Below, in pieces: positions 18,931-27,429 of a DNA stretch of 61,486 bases. The notes under the pieces are model-generated. The model saw nothing but the letters and a program-made list of their open reading frames with translations, had not been told where the DNA came from and ran no database searches. Numbering within the stretch: position 1 is the stretch's first letter; the number at the start of each line of letters is the position of its first letter. Origin of the DNA: Lentimicrobiaceae bacterium (lineage in GTDB: Bacteria; Bacteroidota; Bacteroidia; Bacteroidales; WCHB1-69); assembly GCA_009787485.1 (NCBI GenBank), contig WQWP01000001.1, positions 1 to 61,486 on the forward strand, written 5' to 3'. The translations under genes and the position numbers were made by a program.

Positions 18931-21657
18931 TTAGAATAGCGTCAGCTGTTCCCATTCTTCGTCGTCCTTGTTCTTTTTAATGGGCTTTTCCTGTTCTTCA
19001 ATTACCTCTTGTATTTTTTCGATTACTTCGATTTTTTCGACTACCTCTATTTCTTCGATTACTTCCTCTATTTCTTCGATTACTTCTTCTATTTCTTCAA
19101 CTTCTTCATCTTGAATTACTTCTTCCTCCGGCTCCGGCAACGATTCTACGGGCGTAATAGCCACGATATTTTTAAAACTAATCCGTTTTCCACGCGCCTT
19201 AATGCTCATTATCTCTACAAAATCGGCGCAAGAAATAGTTGCTTTCTCAACTTCATCCGGTTTTTTCTCGTAATATTCTACTTCAATTTGCGGGAAATGG
19301 TCGTAGCTGATGAAAATGGGGCAGATCGTTTTATCATCTCCCAGAAATTCAACCTTTTTATCTGTAACTTCCGGAAAGAAGCGCTTCATGTAAAACTTGC
19401 CGTCCTCCTTGTTTTCGTAAACTGCAGTAATCGGTTTTTGGGCGTTATGTTTTTGAATGATAGAAAGATTATCTTCAAAGTGGGTGGAAAGGTCAAAACC
19501 GGTAACTCGGTAATTTCCGGTTTGGTAAATGGAGATAATTTTATCGTCTTCTTTAAATGCGCCTAATAAATCGCCGCGCTCATCGCTGTTTAAACGCATG
19601 ACAATAGGGTCATAAAAAATGTTAATGGCGCTTAAGGTAGATACGCCTTTGGAGATGATTTCGATTTTCCGCACCGGATTTCGCGATAAGATATTGCCTT
19701 GCGAAGCACGACCTTTTATGGCTAATGTGCTAAAGTCGAAGTCGAATTGTAGTTTTTTAAGTTTGGCTTTGGCTTTGAGAAATACGCGTACTTTTTCGGC
19801 TTCCCCGTTAGGATTTGAAGTAAAGTAAACCACTTTCGTTCCGAGAGTTCCTTTAGTTAAATCATATTCCCTATCTCTGGTAACGCCGCCCACCGAAAAT
19901 CTTTTCACCATGGCAAAACCGTTGTAGCCATCGGCATATACCATATTGTAAACCGTTCTGTCGTCGTTTCTTTTAAACACTTCTACATGAATGATGTCTT
20001 TTCCAAAGAACTGTTTTTCTGATACTTTGCTCACCATAAAAGTTCCGGTATCGCGAAAAACCACCACCTCATCAATGTCGGAGCAGTCGCACACGTATTC
20101 TACGTCTTCATCTTTTTTGAGCGCAGTTCCTACAAATCCTTCTTTTCTATTTACATACAACTTTTGATTTGCTACTGCCACCGTTGCCGCCACGATATTA
20201 TCAAAGTTTTTAATTTCGGTTTTGCGCTCTCTGCCTTCGCCATATTTTTTCTTTAGATTTTCGAAATAAGCAATCGCATATTCAATTAAATGATTCAAAT
20301 GATGAAGCACCTGATCCATTTTCTCTTCAATTTGTGCAATTTTTTCGTCCGCTTGTTTGATGTCGAATTTAGAAATTTTACGAACAGGTTTTTCACATAA
20401 TTTCAGCACGTCTTCTCGTGTAATTTCCCTTCTAAACATATCACGATACGGATCGAACGCTTTTTCGATGTTGTCAATTTGCTTTTCCCACGTAGCCGTA
20501 TCTTTTTCGAGTTCTTTATAAATTCTTTTTTCAAAGAAGATTTTTTCTAACGACCATTTGTGCCAATCTTCCTCTAATTCAGCCAATTCAATTTCAAGCT
20601 CACGTTTCAACAGCGCAACCGTATTTTCCGTATTAATACGCAAAATCTCTTTTACCGACAAAAACTGCGGTTTTCTATCATAAATTACGCAGGCATTGGG
20701 CGAGTACGACATCTCGCAATCTGTAAAAGCATACAGTGCATCAATGGTTTGGTCGGGCGAAACGCCGGGTTGAAGGTGTAGCAATATTTCTACCTTTTCT
20801 GCCGTATTGTCATCAATCTTCTTAATCTTCAATTTCCCTTTTTCAATGGCGGGCGCTATAGAATTGGTAATGAGGTTTGTAGTAGTTGTCCCATAAGGTA
20901 TTTCGTGGATGACCAATATTTTTTTATCCACGATAGTAATTTTCGCTCTGTTTCTCACTTTTCCGCCTCTCACGCCATCGTTATATTTTGAAATATCCAC
21001 TGTGCCGCCGGTAGGAAAATCGGGGTAAATTTCAAAATCTCTGTTTTCCAAAATGGCGATAGAAGCGTCAATCAGTTCTATAAAATTGTGTGGTAAGATT
21101 TTGGTAGCCAAGCCCACAGCAATTCCTTCCACGCCTTGCGCCAGCAGCAACGGAAATTTTACCGGCAGGGCAATAGGCTCTTTGTTGCGGCCGTCGTACG
21201 ACTGTTTCCATTGAGTGGTTTTAGAATTAAAAACTACTTCCAATGCAAATTTCGTCAACCTTGCTTCGATATATCTCGGCGCTGCCGCGTCATCTCCGGT
21301 GAAGATATTTCCCCAATTTCCCTGTGTATCAATGGTAATCTCTTTTTGCCCCAGTTGCACCATGGCATCGCCAATGGAAGTATCGCCATGCGGGTGGTAC
21401 TTCATGGTATTTCCGATAATATTCGCCGCCTTGTTGTAACGTCCGTCTTCTAACTCATACATAGAGTGAAGGATACGGCGTTGCACCGGTTTCAGCCCAT
21501 CGTAAATATCCGGCACTGCGCGGTCTAAAATTACATAAGAGGCATAATCCAAAAAATAGTTCTCAAACATGGATTGCACAAAGATGACTTTGTGGAGGTC
21601 GGAGGTTGGGGGGATGTCGTTGGTTAGCTGTTGGTCTTCGTTGATTTCTTCCGGCAT
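18931..21657 (-). CDS. parC: DNA topoisomerase IV subunit A (type IIA topoisomerase A subunit) with an acidic repeat tail
   Basis: YASYVILDRAVPDIYDGLKPVQRRILHSM, HPHGD, and the active-site context AAPRYIEARL. The Bacteroidota ParC-like N-terminus (FLDYASYVI) is distinct from the GyrA pattern. Confidence 0.9.
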   Translation of the reverse strand: MPEEINEDQQLTNDIPPTSDLHKVIFVQSMFENYFLDYASYVILDRAVPDIYDGLKPVQRRILHSMYELEDGRYNKAANIIGNTMKYHPHGDTSIGDAMVQLGQKEITIDTQGNWGNIFTGDDAAAPRYIEARLTKFALEVVFNSKTTQWKQSYDGRNKEPIALPVKFPLLLAQGVEGIAVGLATKILPHNFIELIDASIAILENRDFEIYPDFPTGGTVDISKYNDGVRGGKVRNRAKITIVDKKILVIHEIPYGTTTTNLITNSIAPAIEKGKLKIKKIDDNTAEKVEILLHLQPGVSPDQTIDALYAFTDCEMSYSPNACVIYDRKPQFLSVKEILRINTENTVALLKRELEIELAELEEDWHKWSLEKIFFEKRIYKELEKDTATWEKQIDNIEKAFDPYRDMFRREITREDVLKLCEKPVRKISKFDIKQADEKIAQIEEKMDQVLHHLNHLIEYAIAYFENLKKKYGEGRERKTEIKNFDNIVAATVAVANQKLYVNRKEGFVGTALKKDEDVEYVCDCSDIDEVVVFRDTGTFMVSKVSEKQFFGKDIIHVEVFKRNDDRTVYNMVYADGYNGFAMVKRFSVGGVTRDREYDLTKGTLGTKVVYFTSNPNGEAEKVRVFLKAKAKLKKLQFDFDFSTLAIKGRASQGNILSRNPVRKIEIISKGVSTLSAINIFYDPIVMRLNSDERGDLLGAFKEDDKIISIYQTGNYRVTGFDLSTHFEDNLSIIQKHNAQKPITAVYENKEDGKFYMKRFFPEVTDKKVEFLGDDKTICPIFISYDHFPQIEVEYYEKKPDEVEKATISCADFVEIMSIKARGKRISFKNIVAITPVESLPEPEEEVIQDEEVEEIEEVIEEIEEVIEEIEVVEKIEVIEKIQEVIEEQEKPIKKNKDDEEWEQLTLF
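18998..19128. repeat. 21-bp tandem repeat inside the 3' end of parC
   Basis: ttcgattacttcctctatttc-type units are reiterated. They encode IEEVIEE heptads (EEVEEIEEVIEEIEEVIEEIEVVEKIEVIEKIQEVIEE). Confidence 0.8.
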
Positions 21658-21703
21658 GTTGGGTTTTTCTTTGGGCTAGTTTACTTTTTAACAAAAGTGT
21701 GGG

Positions 21704-21711
21704 CAAAAATA
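21704..21711 (-). promoter_or_regulatory. Candidate -7 box for parC (TATTTTTG on the minus strand)
   Basis: caaaaata on the plus strand, about 47 nt upstream of the parC ATG at 21657. Confidence 0.35.
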
Positions 21712-21779
21712 TATGATTTCGTTTATCGTGGAATTGTGGGTTAATCTTTTTTTAGGGCAAAATCATTAATCTTTATTAC

Positions 21780-22404
21780 TTGGGCGTGCCCACTCGCTTT
21801 CCTCCGCGCGTTCGGCGGCGGCTCTGCCGTCGTCGTTTTATTCTATTCTCTACCGCCGATGCCATCACACGCTCGGGTCGCGGTGGCTACGGGGTTCGCT
21901 TCGCTCCCGTGCTCGCCTTCGGCTCGCACCGGCTTCGCCGCCCTCCGCCTCGCTCACGCAGGGGGAAATACAACGGTCTGTGCGTTGGGATAGGAAGGCT
22001 GAAAGCCTTGTAATCAATAGCATAGGGCAACGCCCTATGGAAATGAGCGTCATCTCGTTTGTCAGGCTGAAAGCCTGAAATCTAAATGATCGCGCCCTTT
22101 CAGGGCTTATCTTTGGACGCACGTCCTTTCGTAGGGCGTTGCCCTACGCTATTGATTACAAGGCTTTCAGCCTTCCTACCCCAACGCACAGACCGTTGTA
22201 CTTCCCCCTGCGTGAGCGAGGCGGAGGGCGGCGAAGCCGGTGCGAGCCGAAGGCGAGCACGGGAGCGAAGCGTACCCCGTAGCCACCGCGACCCGAGCGT
22301 GGGTAGGATGAGGCGGCAGGGGACAGAGCGACGGCGGCAGAGCCGCCGCTGAACATAATTGAGCCGCCGCCGAACGCGCGAAGGAAAGCGAGGGGCACGC
22401 CCAA
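21780..22404. repeat. 625-bp GC-rich foldback: about 260-bp inverted arms around a 91-bp hairpin-rich spacer
   Basis: Ends are ttgggcgtgccc... / ...gggcacgcccaa. The inner arms 21869..22039 and 22131..22300 are near-identical reverse complements. Local hairpins include aggctgaaagcct and tagggcaacgcccta. The ORF track shows mirror-image pseudo-proteins on the two strands. Confidence 0.9.
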
Positions 22405-22417
22405 ATAATAAAAAAAC

Positions 22418-22425
22418 TATTTTTG
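22418..22425 (+). promoter_or_regulatory. Candidate -7 box (TATTTTTG) for the M16 peptidase / folC operon
   Basis: Exact TAnnTTTG match 29 nt upstream of the ATG at 22454, immediately outside the foldback. Confidence 0.4.
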
Positions 22426-22453
22426 CACTTCAAAAATTAAACCCCAACCCAAC

Positions 22454-25357
22454 ATGAAAAAAACATTTCTCCTCCTTTTCGTAGCCTTCTTCGCTACTTT
22501 TTCCGTGCTTCATGCACAAAAACAGTACAAATATGAAACGGTTCCCAACGATCCGTTAAATGCTCGTATCTATAAATTAGACAACGACTTAACTGTTTAT
22601 CTAACCCAATACAAAGAAGCGCCGCGCATTCAAACTTACATCGCGGTGAAAGTGGGAAGCAAAAACGACCCCGCCGAAACCACCGGATTGGCGCACTATT
22701 TTGAACACATGATGTTTAAAGGCTCGCCAGATTTTGGCACCATAGATTGGGAAAGAGAGCAAGTGATGATCGCCCAAATTGAAGAATTATTCGAACAATA
22801 CCGGCTTTTGTCGGATGAAGCCGAGCGAGCCGCACTCTACAGAATTATTGACAGTATTTCGTTTGAAGCCAGCAAATTGACAATTCCCAATGAGTACGAT
22901 AAACTGATGAAATTTATTGGCTCGCAAGGTACCAATGCGGGAACGGCAAATGATTATACCGTTTATATGGAAAATATTCCTGCCAATCAATTGGAAAATT
23001 GGGCAATCATTCAGGCAAACCGCTTCGATCATCCGGTGTTGCGCCTGTTTCATACGGAGTTAGAGACAGTTTATGAAGAAAAAAACATGTCGCTTACTAA
23101 CGATAACCGCAAAGGGAGTGAAGCTATTCTTGCCGGATTGTTTCCCAATCATCCTTACGGACAGCAAACTACGCTGGGAGAAGCCGAACACTTGAAAAAT
23201 CCTTCCATGAAAAATATTCGTGAGTTTTACGAAAAATACTATGTGACTAATAATATGGCAATTGCCATGTCGGGAGATTTTGAGTTTGATGATGCTATCG
23301 CTATCATTGACAGGCATTTCAGCAAGTTAAGACGAGGCAACGTGCCGGAATTGATTTATACCGGAGAAACGCCTATTACCGAGCCTGTAGTGAAAGAAGT
23401 GGTGGGTTTGGAAGCTGAATTTCTCAATATGGCGTTTCGCGTGGATTTACCTGCAAACGATCCTAATATCTATACTTTGAATATGTTAGTTCGCATATTG
23501 TATAATGGAAAATCGGGATTGATTGATTTGAATTTGAATCAGAAACAATTGGTAATGAGCGCCGGAGCGTTCCCCTACGTGTTAACCGATAACTCCGCAT
23601 TATTTTTAACCGGAAAACCAAAAGAAGGGCAAACATTAGAAGAAGTTCGCGATTTATTATTGAAACAAATTGATTTATTGAAAAAAGGAGAATTTGATGA
23701 TGATTTATTAACCGCCGTAATTAACAATATGCGTTTAACTGAAATGCGCCAGTTGGAAAGCAATGCCTCGCGCGCAAGAATGTTTACAAGCGCCTTTTGG
23801 AATAATATTCCCTGGGAAGTTGCCTCTCAATCCATCGCCAATTATTCCAAAATCACAAAAAAAGATATTGTTAATTTTGCCAATAAGCACTTCCACAATA
23901 ACTATGTAATTGTGTTTAAGCGACAAGGCACGCCTGAGGAAGTAACTAAGGTGAACAAGCCTGCCATTACGCCCATTCATATTAATAGAGATGAAGAGTC
24001 AAACTTTATGAAGAAAATAAAAGAGGCTAAAACAGAACCCTTAGTAGCTGTTTTTATTGATTTTCAAAAAGATATGACAATCATTCCCAATAAAAACTTC
24101 AACATTTATTATATTAAAAATGTAGAAAATGCTACATTTAATTTGCAGTTTCGTTATAAAACAGGCGAGTTGAATGATTTACGTTTGCCTTTTGCCACCG
24201 ACTATATTGATTATTTAGGAACTTCAACGATGAGCGCCGACAAAATTCAGGAGGAGTTTTATAAATTGGCATGTACCATGAATTTGTCGTGCAGCGACGA
24301 ATATACAACGCTCACTATTACCGGTTTAAGCGACAATTTTGCGAAAGCGCTACAACTTACCTCATCGGTGATGAAAGATGCGCAACCTAATGCCGAAGCG
24401 TTGCAAAATCTGATTTCCGATGCGTTAAAAGCGAGGAGAGATGCGAAAAGCAATCAAAATGCCGTGCAAAACGCACTTCGCAGCTATGGCGAGTTTGGGC
24501 CTGACTTGGCGCAATATATCCTTTCCGAAGAGCAACTTCAAAAGCTTACGCCCAACGAATTAATTAGCATCATAAAAGATTTATTGAACATAAAACCGGA
24601 AGTTTATTTTTATGGCAACCTCTCTACTGATGAATTTAATAAACTTTTATTGAAAAATTACCAAATACCGAAAAAATTCACCGAACCGGCGCCAGCTCAA
24701 GTATTTAACCGCCTTCCAGTAACAGAAGATAAAGTTTATTTTGTACATTATGATGCCAAACAAGCCAGATTGTTTACTTATTCCGACGGTACACCATTTA
24801 ATGTGCAATATTTACCCAATATTAATATGTATAACCAATATTTTGGGGGAAGTATGAATGCCATTGTATTTCAGGAAATGCGCGAAAAACGCGGCTTGGC
24901 TTATACTGCGCGTTCGGCTTATATTTCTGCCAATGAGCTAAATAAGATAAATTACAATTTCTCTTTCATTGCCACTCAAAACGACAAAGTAACGGATGCT
25001 TTTGAGGCTTTTAATGAGCTGTTTAATGATATGCCGCAATCGGAAGCTGCTTTTACATTGGCAAAAGAGGGCGCTTTACAAGCTATTGAAACCAATAGAA
25101 TTCAGAAAACCGCTATTTTCAACGCGTGGCGCAACGCACAAAGAATGGGCATTGACTACGACATTAACAAAGTGCTATATGAATCCTACAAAACCTTTAC
25201 ATTGGATGATGTCGTAAAGTTTAATCATAACCATGTGAAAGACAGAAAGAAAGTATATATGATTGCCGCCAAAGAAGGAGATATGAATTTTGAAGAGCTG
25301 CAGAAAAAATTTGGTCCGGTACAAAAATTAACATTAGAAAATATCTTTGGATATTAA
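22454..25357 (+). CDS. M16 (pitrilysin/insulinase) family zinc metallopeptidase, secreted
   Basis: Signal peptide, and an inverted zinc motif HYFEHMMFKG (HxxEH). The 967-aa length fits a two-module M16 protein. Confidence 0.88.
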   Translation: MKKTFLLLFVAFFATFSVLHAQKQYKYETVPNDPLNARIYKLDNDLTVYLTQYKEAPRIQTYIAVKVGSKNDPAETTGLAHYFEHMMFKGSPDFGTIDWEREQVMIAQIEELFEQYRLLSDEAERAALYRIIDSISFEASKLTIPNEYDKLMKFIGSQGTNAGTANDYTVYMENIPANQLENWAIIQANRFDHPVLRLFHTELETVYEEKNMSLTNDNRKGSEAILAGLFPNHPYGQQTTLGEAEHLKNPSMKNIREFYEKYYVTNNMAIAMSGDFEFDDAIAIIDRHFSKLRRGNVPELIYTGETPITEPVVKEVVGLEAEFLNMAFRVDLPANDPNIYTLNMLVRILYNGKSGLIDLNLNQKQLVMSAGAFPYVLTDNSALFLTGKPKEGQTLEEVRDLLLKQIDLLKKGEFDDDLLTAVINNMRLTEMRQLESNASRARMFTSAFWNNIPWEVASQSIANYSKITKKDIVNFANKHFHNNYVIVFKRQGTPEEVTKVNKPAITPIHINRDEESNFMKKIKEAKTEPLVAVFIDFQKDMTIIPNKNFNIYYIKNVENATFNLQFRYKTGELNDLRLPFATDYIDYLGTSTMSADKIQEEFYKLACTMNLSCSDEYTTLTITGLSDNFAKALQLTSSVMKDAQPNAEALQNLISDALKARRDAKSNQNAVQNALRSYGEFGPDLAQYILSEEQLQKLTPNELISIIKDLLNIKPEVYFYGNLSTDEFNKLLLKNYQIPKKFTEPAPAQVFNRLPVTEDKVYFVHYDAKQARLFTYSDGTPFNVQYLPNINMYNQYFGGSMNAIVFQEMREKRGLAYTARSAYISANELNKINYNFSFIATQNDKVTDAFEAFNELFNDMPQSEAAFTLAKEGALQAIETNRIQKTAIFNAWRNAQRMGIDYDINKVLYESYKTFTLDDVVKFNHNHVKDRKKVYMIAAKEGDMNFEELQKKFGPVQKLTLENIFGY

Positions 25358-26643
25358 TGACTTATCCTGAAATTATAGCGCATATTTTCCAATCCTTCCC
25401 TATGTACCACCGCATTGGAAGTGCGGCATACAAAGAAGGGTTGGAAAATATTGAGCAGCTTGCCGAAATGGCAGGTCATCCCGAAAAGAAAATCAAAACC
25501 ATTCACATTGCCGGAACCAACGGAAAAGGCTCTGTAGCGCACTTATTGGCTTCCTATTTTCAAGAGTTGGGCTGGAAAACGGGCTTGTTTACCTCACCGC
25601 ATCTGATTGATTTTCGCGAACGCATAAAAATCAACGGCAAAGAGATTTCCGAAAAACAAGTAGTAGATTTTTTTGACAAATATCAAGAAAAAATGGCAAA
25701 AATTACGCCTTCTTTTTTCGAAATGACGACAATTTTAGCCTTCGATACATTTGCCAGCGAAAAAACCGATATTGCCATTATTGAAACCGGTTTAGGCGGA
25801 AGATTAGATGCCACCAACATCCTCTCCCCTATCCTATCGGTAATTACCAATATCTCGTTGGAACACACCCAAATGCTGGGCAATACGCTGCCTGAAATTG
25901 CTGTTGAAAAAGCCGGCATTATTAAAAAAAACACTCCCGTAGTGATTGGCGAATATCATCCTGAAACATTTCCGATTTTTGAAGAAATCGCAAAAAACAA
26001 AAACGCCCCACTTTTTTTAGCGGAAGAATATATTGGGGATTTGCAACTTAGCGGCACTTACCAACGAAAAAATATCGGAACGTTTTTAAAATGCGTGCAA
26101 GTTCTTAAAGAAGAAGGAAGAAAGAAGAAGGAAGAAATATCCCCTTCAAATTTTGAAGGGGTGCCCGAAGGGCGGGGTAGTTTATATAAAAACATAATTC
26201 ACACCGCCATCCAAAACCTTTTCAAAAACACCGGTTTTGCAGGCCGCTGGCAAATCATCTCCCAAACCCCGCTTACCATTTGCGACGTGGCGCACAACCC
26301 CGCCGGAATAGCCTTAGTGATGGCGCAATTGCAGGAGTTTCCACACCGCAACTTACACATTATCATGGGTTTTGTTAATGATAAAGATATTGATGAAATT
26401 GTACCTCTGTTGCCCAAAAATGCAACCTATTACGCCTGTCAGGCTCAAATAGAGCGTGCTATGCCTGCGGAAAAACTGTTTCAAAAATTATCTTTGGCTA
26501 ACCTTAATGTTCTTAAAATCTCTAATGTCTTTAATGCCTATAATGAAGCTAAACAAAATGCCGATAAAAACGACCTCATTTTCATCGGCGGAAGTTTTTT
26601 TGTGGTGGGGGAATTTTTGAAAAAAAATGACACAAGTGGGTAA
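25357..26643 (+). CDS. folC: Folylpolyglutamate synthase / dihydrofolate synthase, carrying an in-frame repeat insertion
   Basis: P-loop HIAGTNGKGS, Mur-ligase-like motifs (TSPHL, GLGGRLDATN, DVAHNP). The start overlaps the upstream stop (TAATG). Confidence 0.9.
   Translation: MTYPEIIAHIFQSFPMYHRIGSAAYKEGLENIEQLAEMAGHPEKKIKTIHIAGTNGKGSVAHLLASYFQELGWKTGLFTSPHLIDFRERIKINGKEISEKQVVDFFDKYQEKMAKITPSFFEMTTILAFDTFASEKTDIAIIETGLGGRLDATNILSPILSVITNISLEHTQMLGNTLPEIAVEKAGIIKKNTPVVIGEYHPETFPIFEEIAKNKNAPLFLAEEYIGDLQLSGTYQRKNIGTFLKCVQVLKEEGRKKKEEISPSNFEGVPEGRGSLYKNIIHTAIQNLFKNTGFAGRWQIISQTPLTICDVAHNPAGIALVMAQLQEFPHRNLHIIMGFVNDKDIDEIVPLLPKNATYYACQAQIERAMPAEKLFQKLSLANLNVLKISNVFNAYNEAKQNADKNDLIFIGGSFFVVGEFLKKNDTSG
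26108..26190 (+). repeat. GA-rich tract plus double-hairpin element (copy A), inside the folC reading frame
   Basis: aagaagaaggaagaaagaagaaggaagaaa followed by tatccccttcaaattttgaaggggtgcccgaagggcggggtagtttatataaa. It translates in frame as EEGRKKKEEISPSNFEGVPEGRGSLYKN. Confidence 0.9.
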
Positions 26644-26797
26644 TTTCTATAAAAAAGTTGCTTCTTTTTAATGAAAATGTACAAAAGGCATCTATTTTTA
26701 ACACATTGATTATTAGAAAAATAGTTTATACAATCAGATTGTTGAATTGATTTTTTAATATTTTCGCGGCATATTAAATAAAGTAAAAATAGTTACA

Positions 26798-27421
26798 ATG
26801 AGAAGTAAAAATCAATTACCCCCGGCAACATTTGAAAGTGTATGGGCGCTCTTACAAGAATCCATCAAAGATACTCAAGAAATAAAAAAAGAGAATCGAG
26901 AGATGAAAAAAGAAATGAAAAGAGAGTCGAAAGAATTTAGCAAAAGAATAGACGAAATGATTGCCGAGAGTCGTCGAGAAAGAAAAGAATTGAACCGGCA
27001 ACTTGGCGGCATTTCAAATAGCAACGGCGAAATGGCGGAAGCCTATTTTTACAACGCTTTTAAGGTAAATAAACGTTTTGCCAATGAACAATATGATCAT
27101 GTTCAACGACCAACAAAAATAACAAATGGTGATATTGAAGCAGAATTTGATATTGTATTATCCAATGGAAAAAGCGTTGCTATTATTGAAGTAAAATACA
27201 ATGCTAAACCGGATAATATTTCTGTCAGAAGGCTGATTGATAAAGTAGAAAAATTTAAAATATTGTATCCGAATTACAAAAATCATAGCATTTATTTGGG
27301 TGTTGCTGCCATGACGTTTAGAGGCGGATTGGAAGAAAGGTTACATCGCAACGGCATCGCCACTATTCATCAAGTAGGAAAGAAAATGGTGGTGTACGAC
27401 AAGGGAGTGAAGGCGTTTTAA
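26798..27421 (+). CDS. Hypothetical protein: N-terminal coiled coil plus C-terminal PD-(D/E)xK-like nuclease fold
   Basis: K/E-rich helix (aa 20-65), then a ...EAEFDIVLSNGKSVAIIEVKYN... D-x(n)-E-x-K pattern. It resembles the DUF3782-type architecture as I remember it. Confidence 0.5.
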   Translation: MRSKNQLPPATFESVWALLQESIKDTQEIKKENREMKKEMKRESKEFSKRIDEMIAESRRERKELNRQLGGISNSNGEMAEAYFYNAFKVNKRFANEQYDHVQRPTKITNGDIEAEFDIVLSNGKSVAIIEVKYNAKPDNISVRRLIDKVEKFKILYPNYKNHSIYLGVAAMTFRGGLEERLHRNGIATIHQVGKKMVVYDKGVKAF

Positions 27422-27429
27422 TAAAAATT

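Noticed and set aside
21780-22404. Possible invertible promoter (phase-variation invertase switch) between parC and the M16 peptidase
   Set aside because: Invertons have short inverted repeats (tens of bp) flanking a promoter-bearing segment, with a recombinase nearby. Here the arms are about 260 bp, the spacer is only 91 bp, candidate promoters lie outside the element, and no recombinase gene is present.
21780-22433. ORFs of 77-88 aa on both strands within the GC-rich foldback (21780..22013, 21865..22122, 22086..22352, 22156..22404, 22176..22433)
   Set aside because: The mirror-image 'proteins' arise because the two arms are reverse complements. High GC simply removes stop codons, and the composition is Arg/Pro/Gly/Ala-rich, unlike any real CDS in the window.
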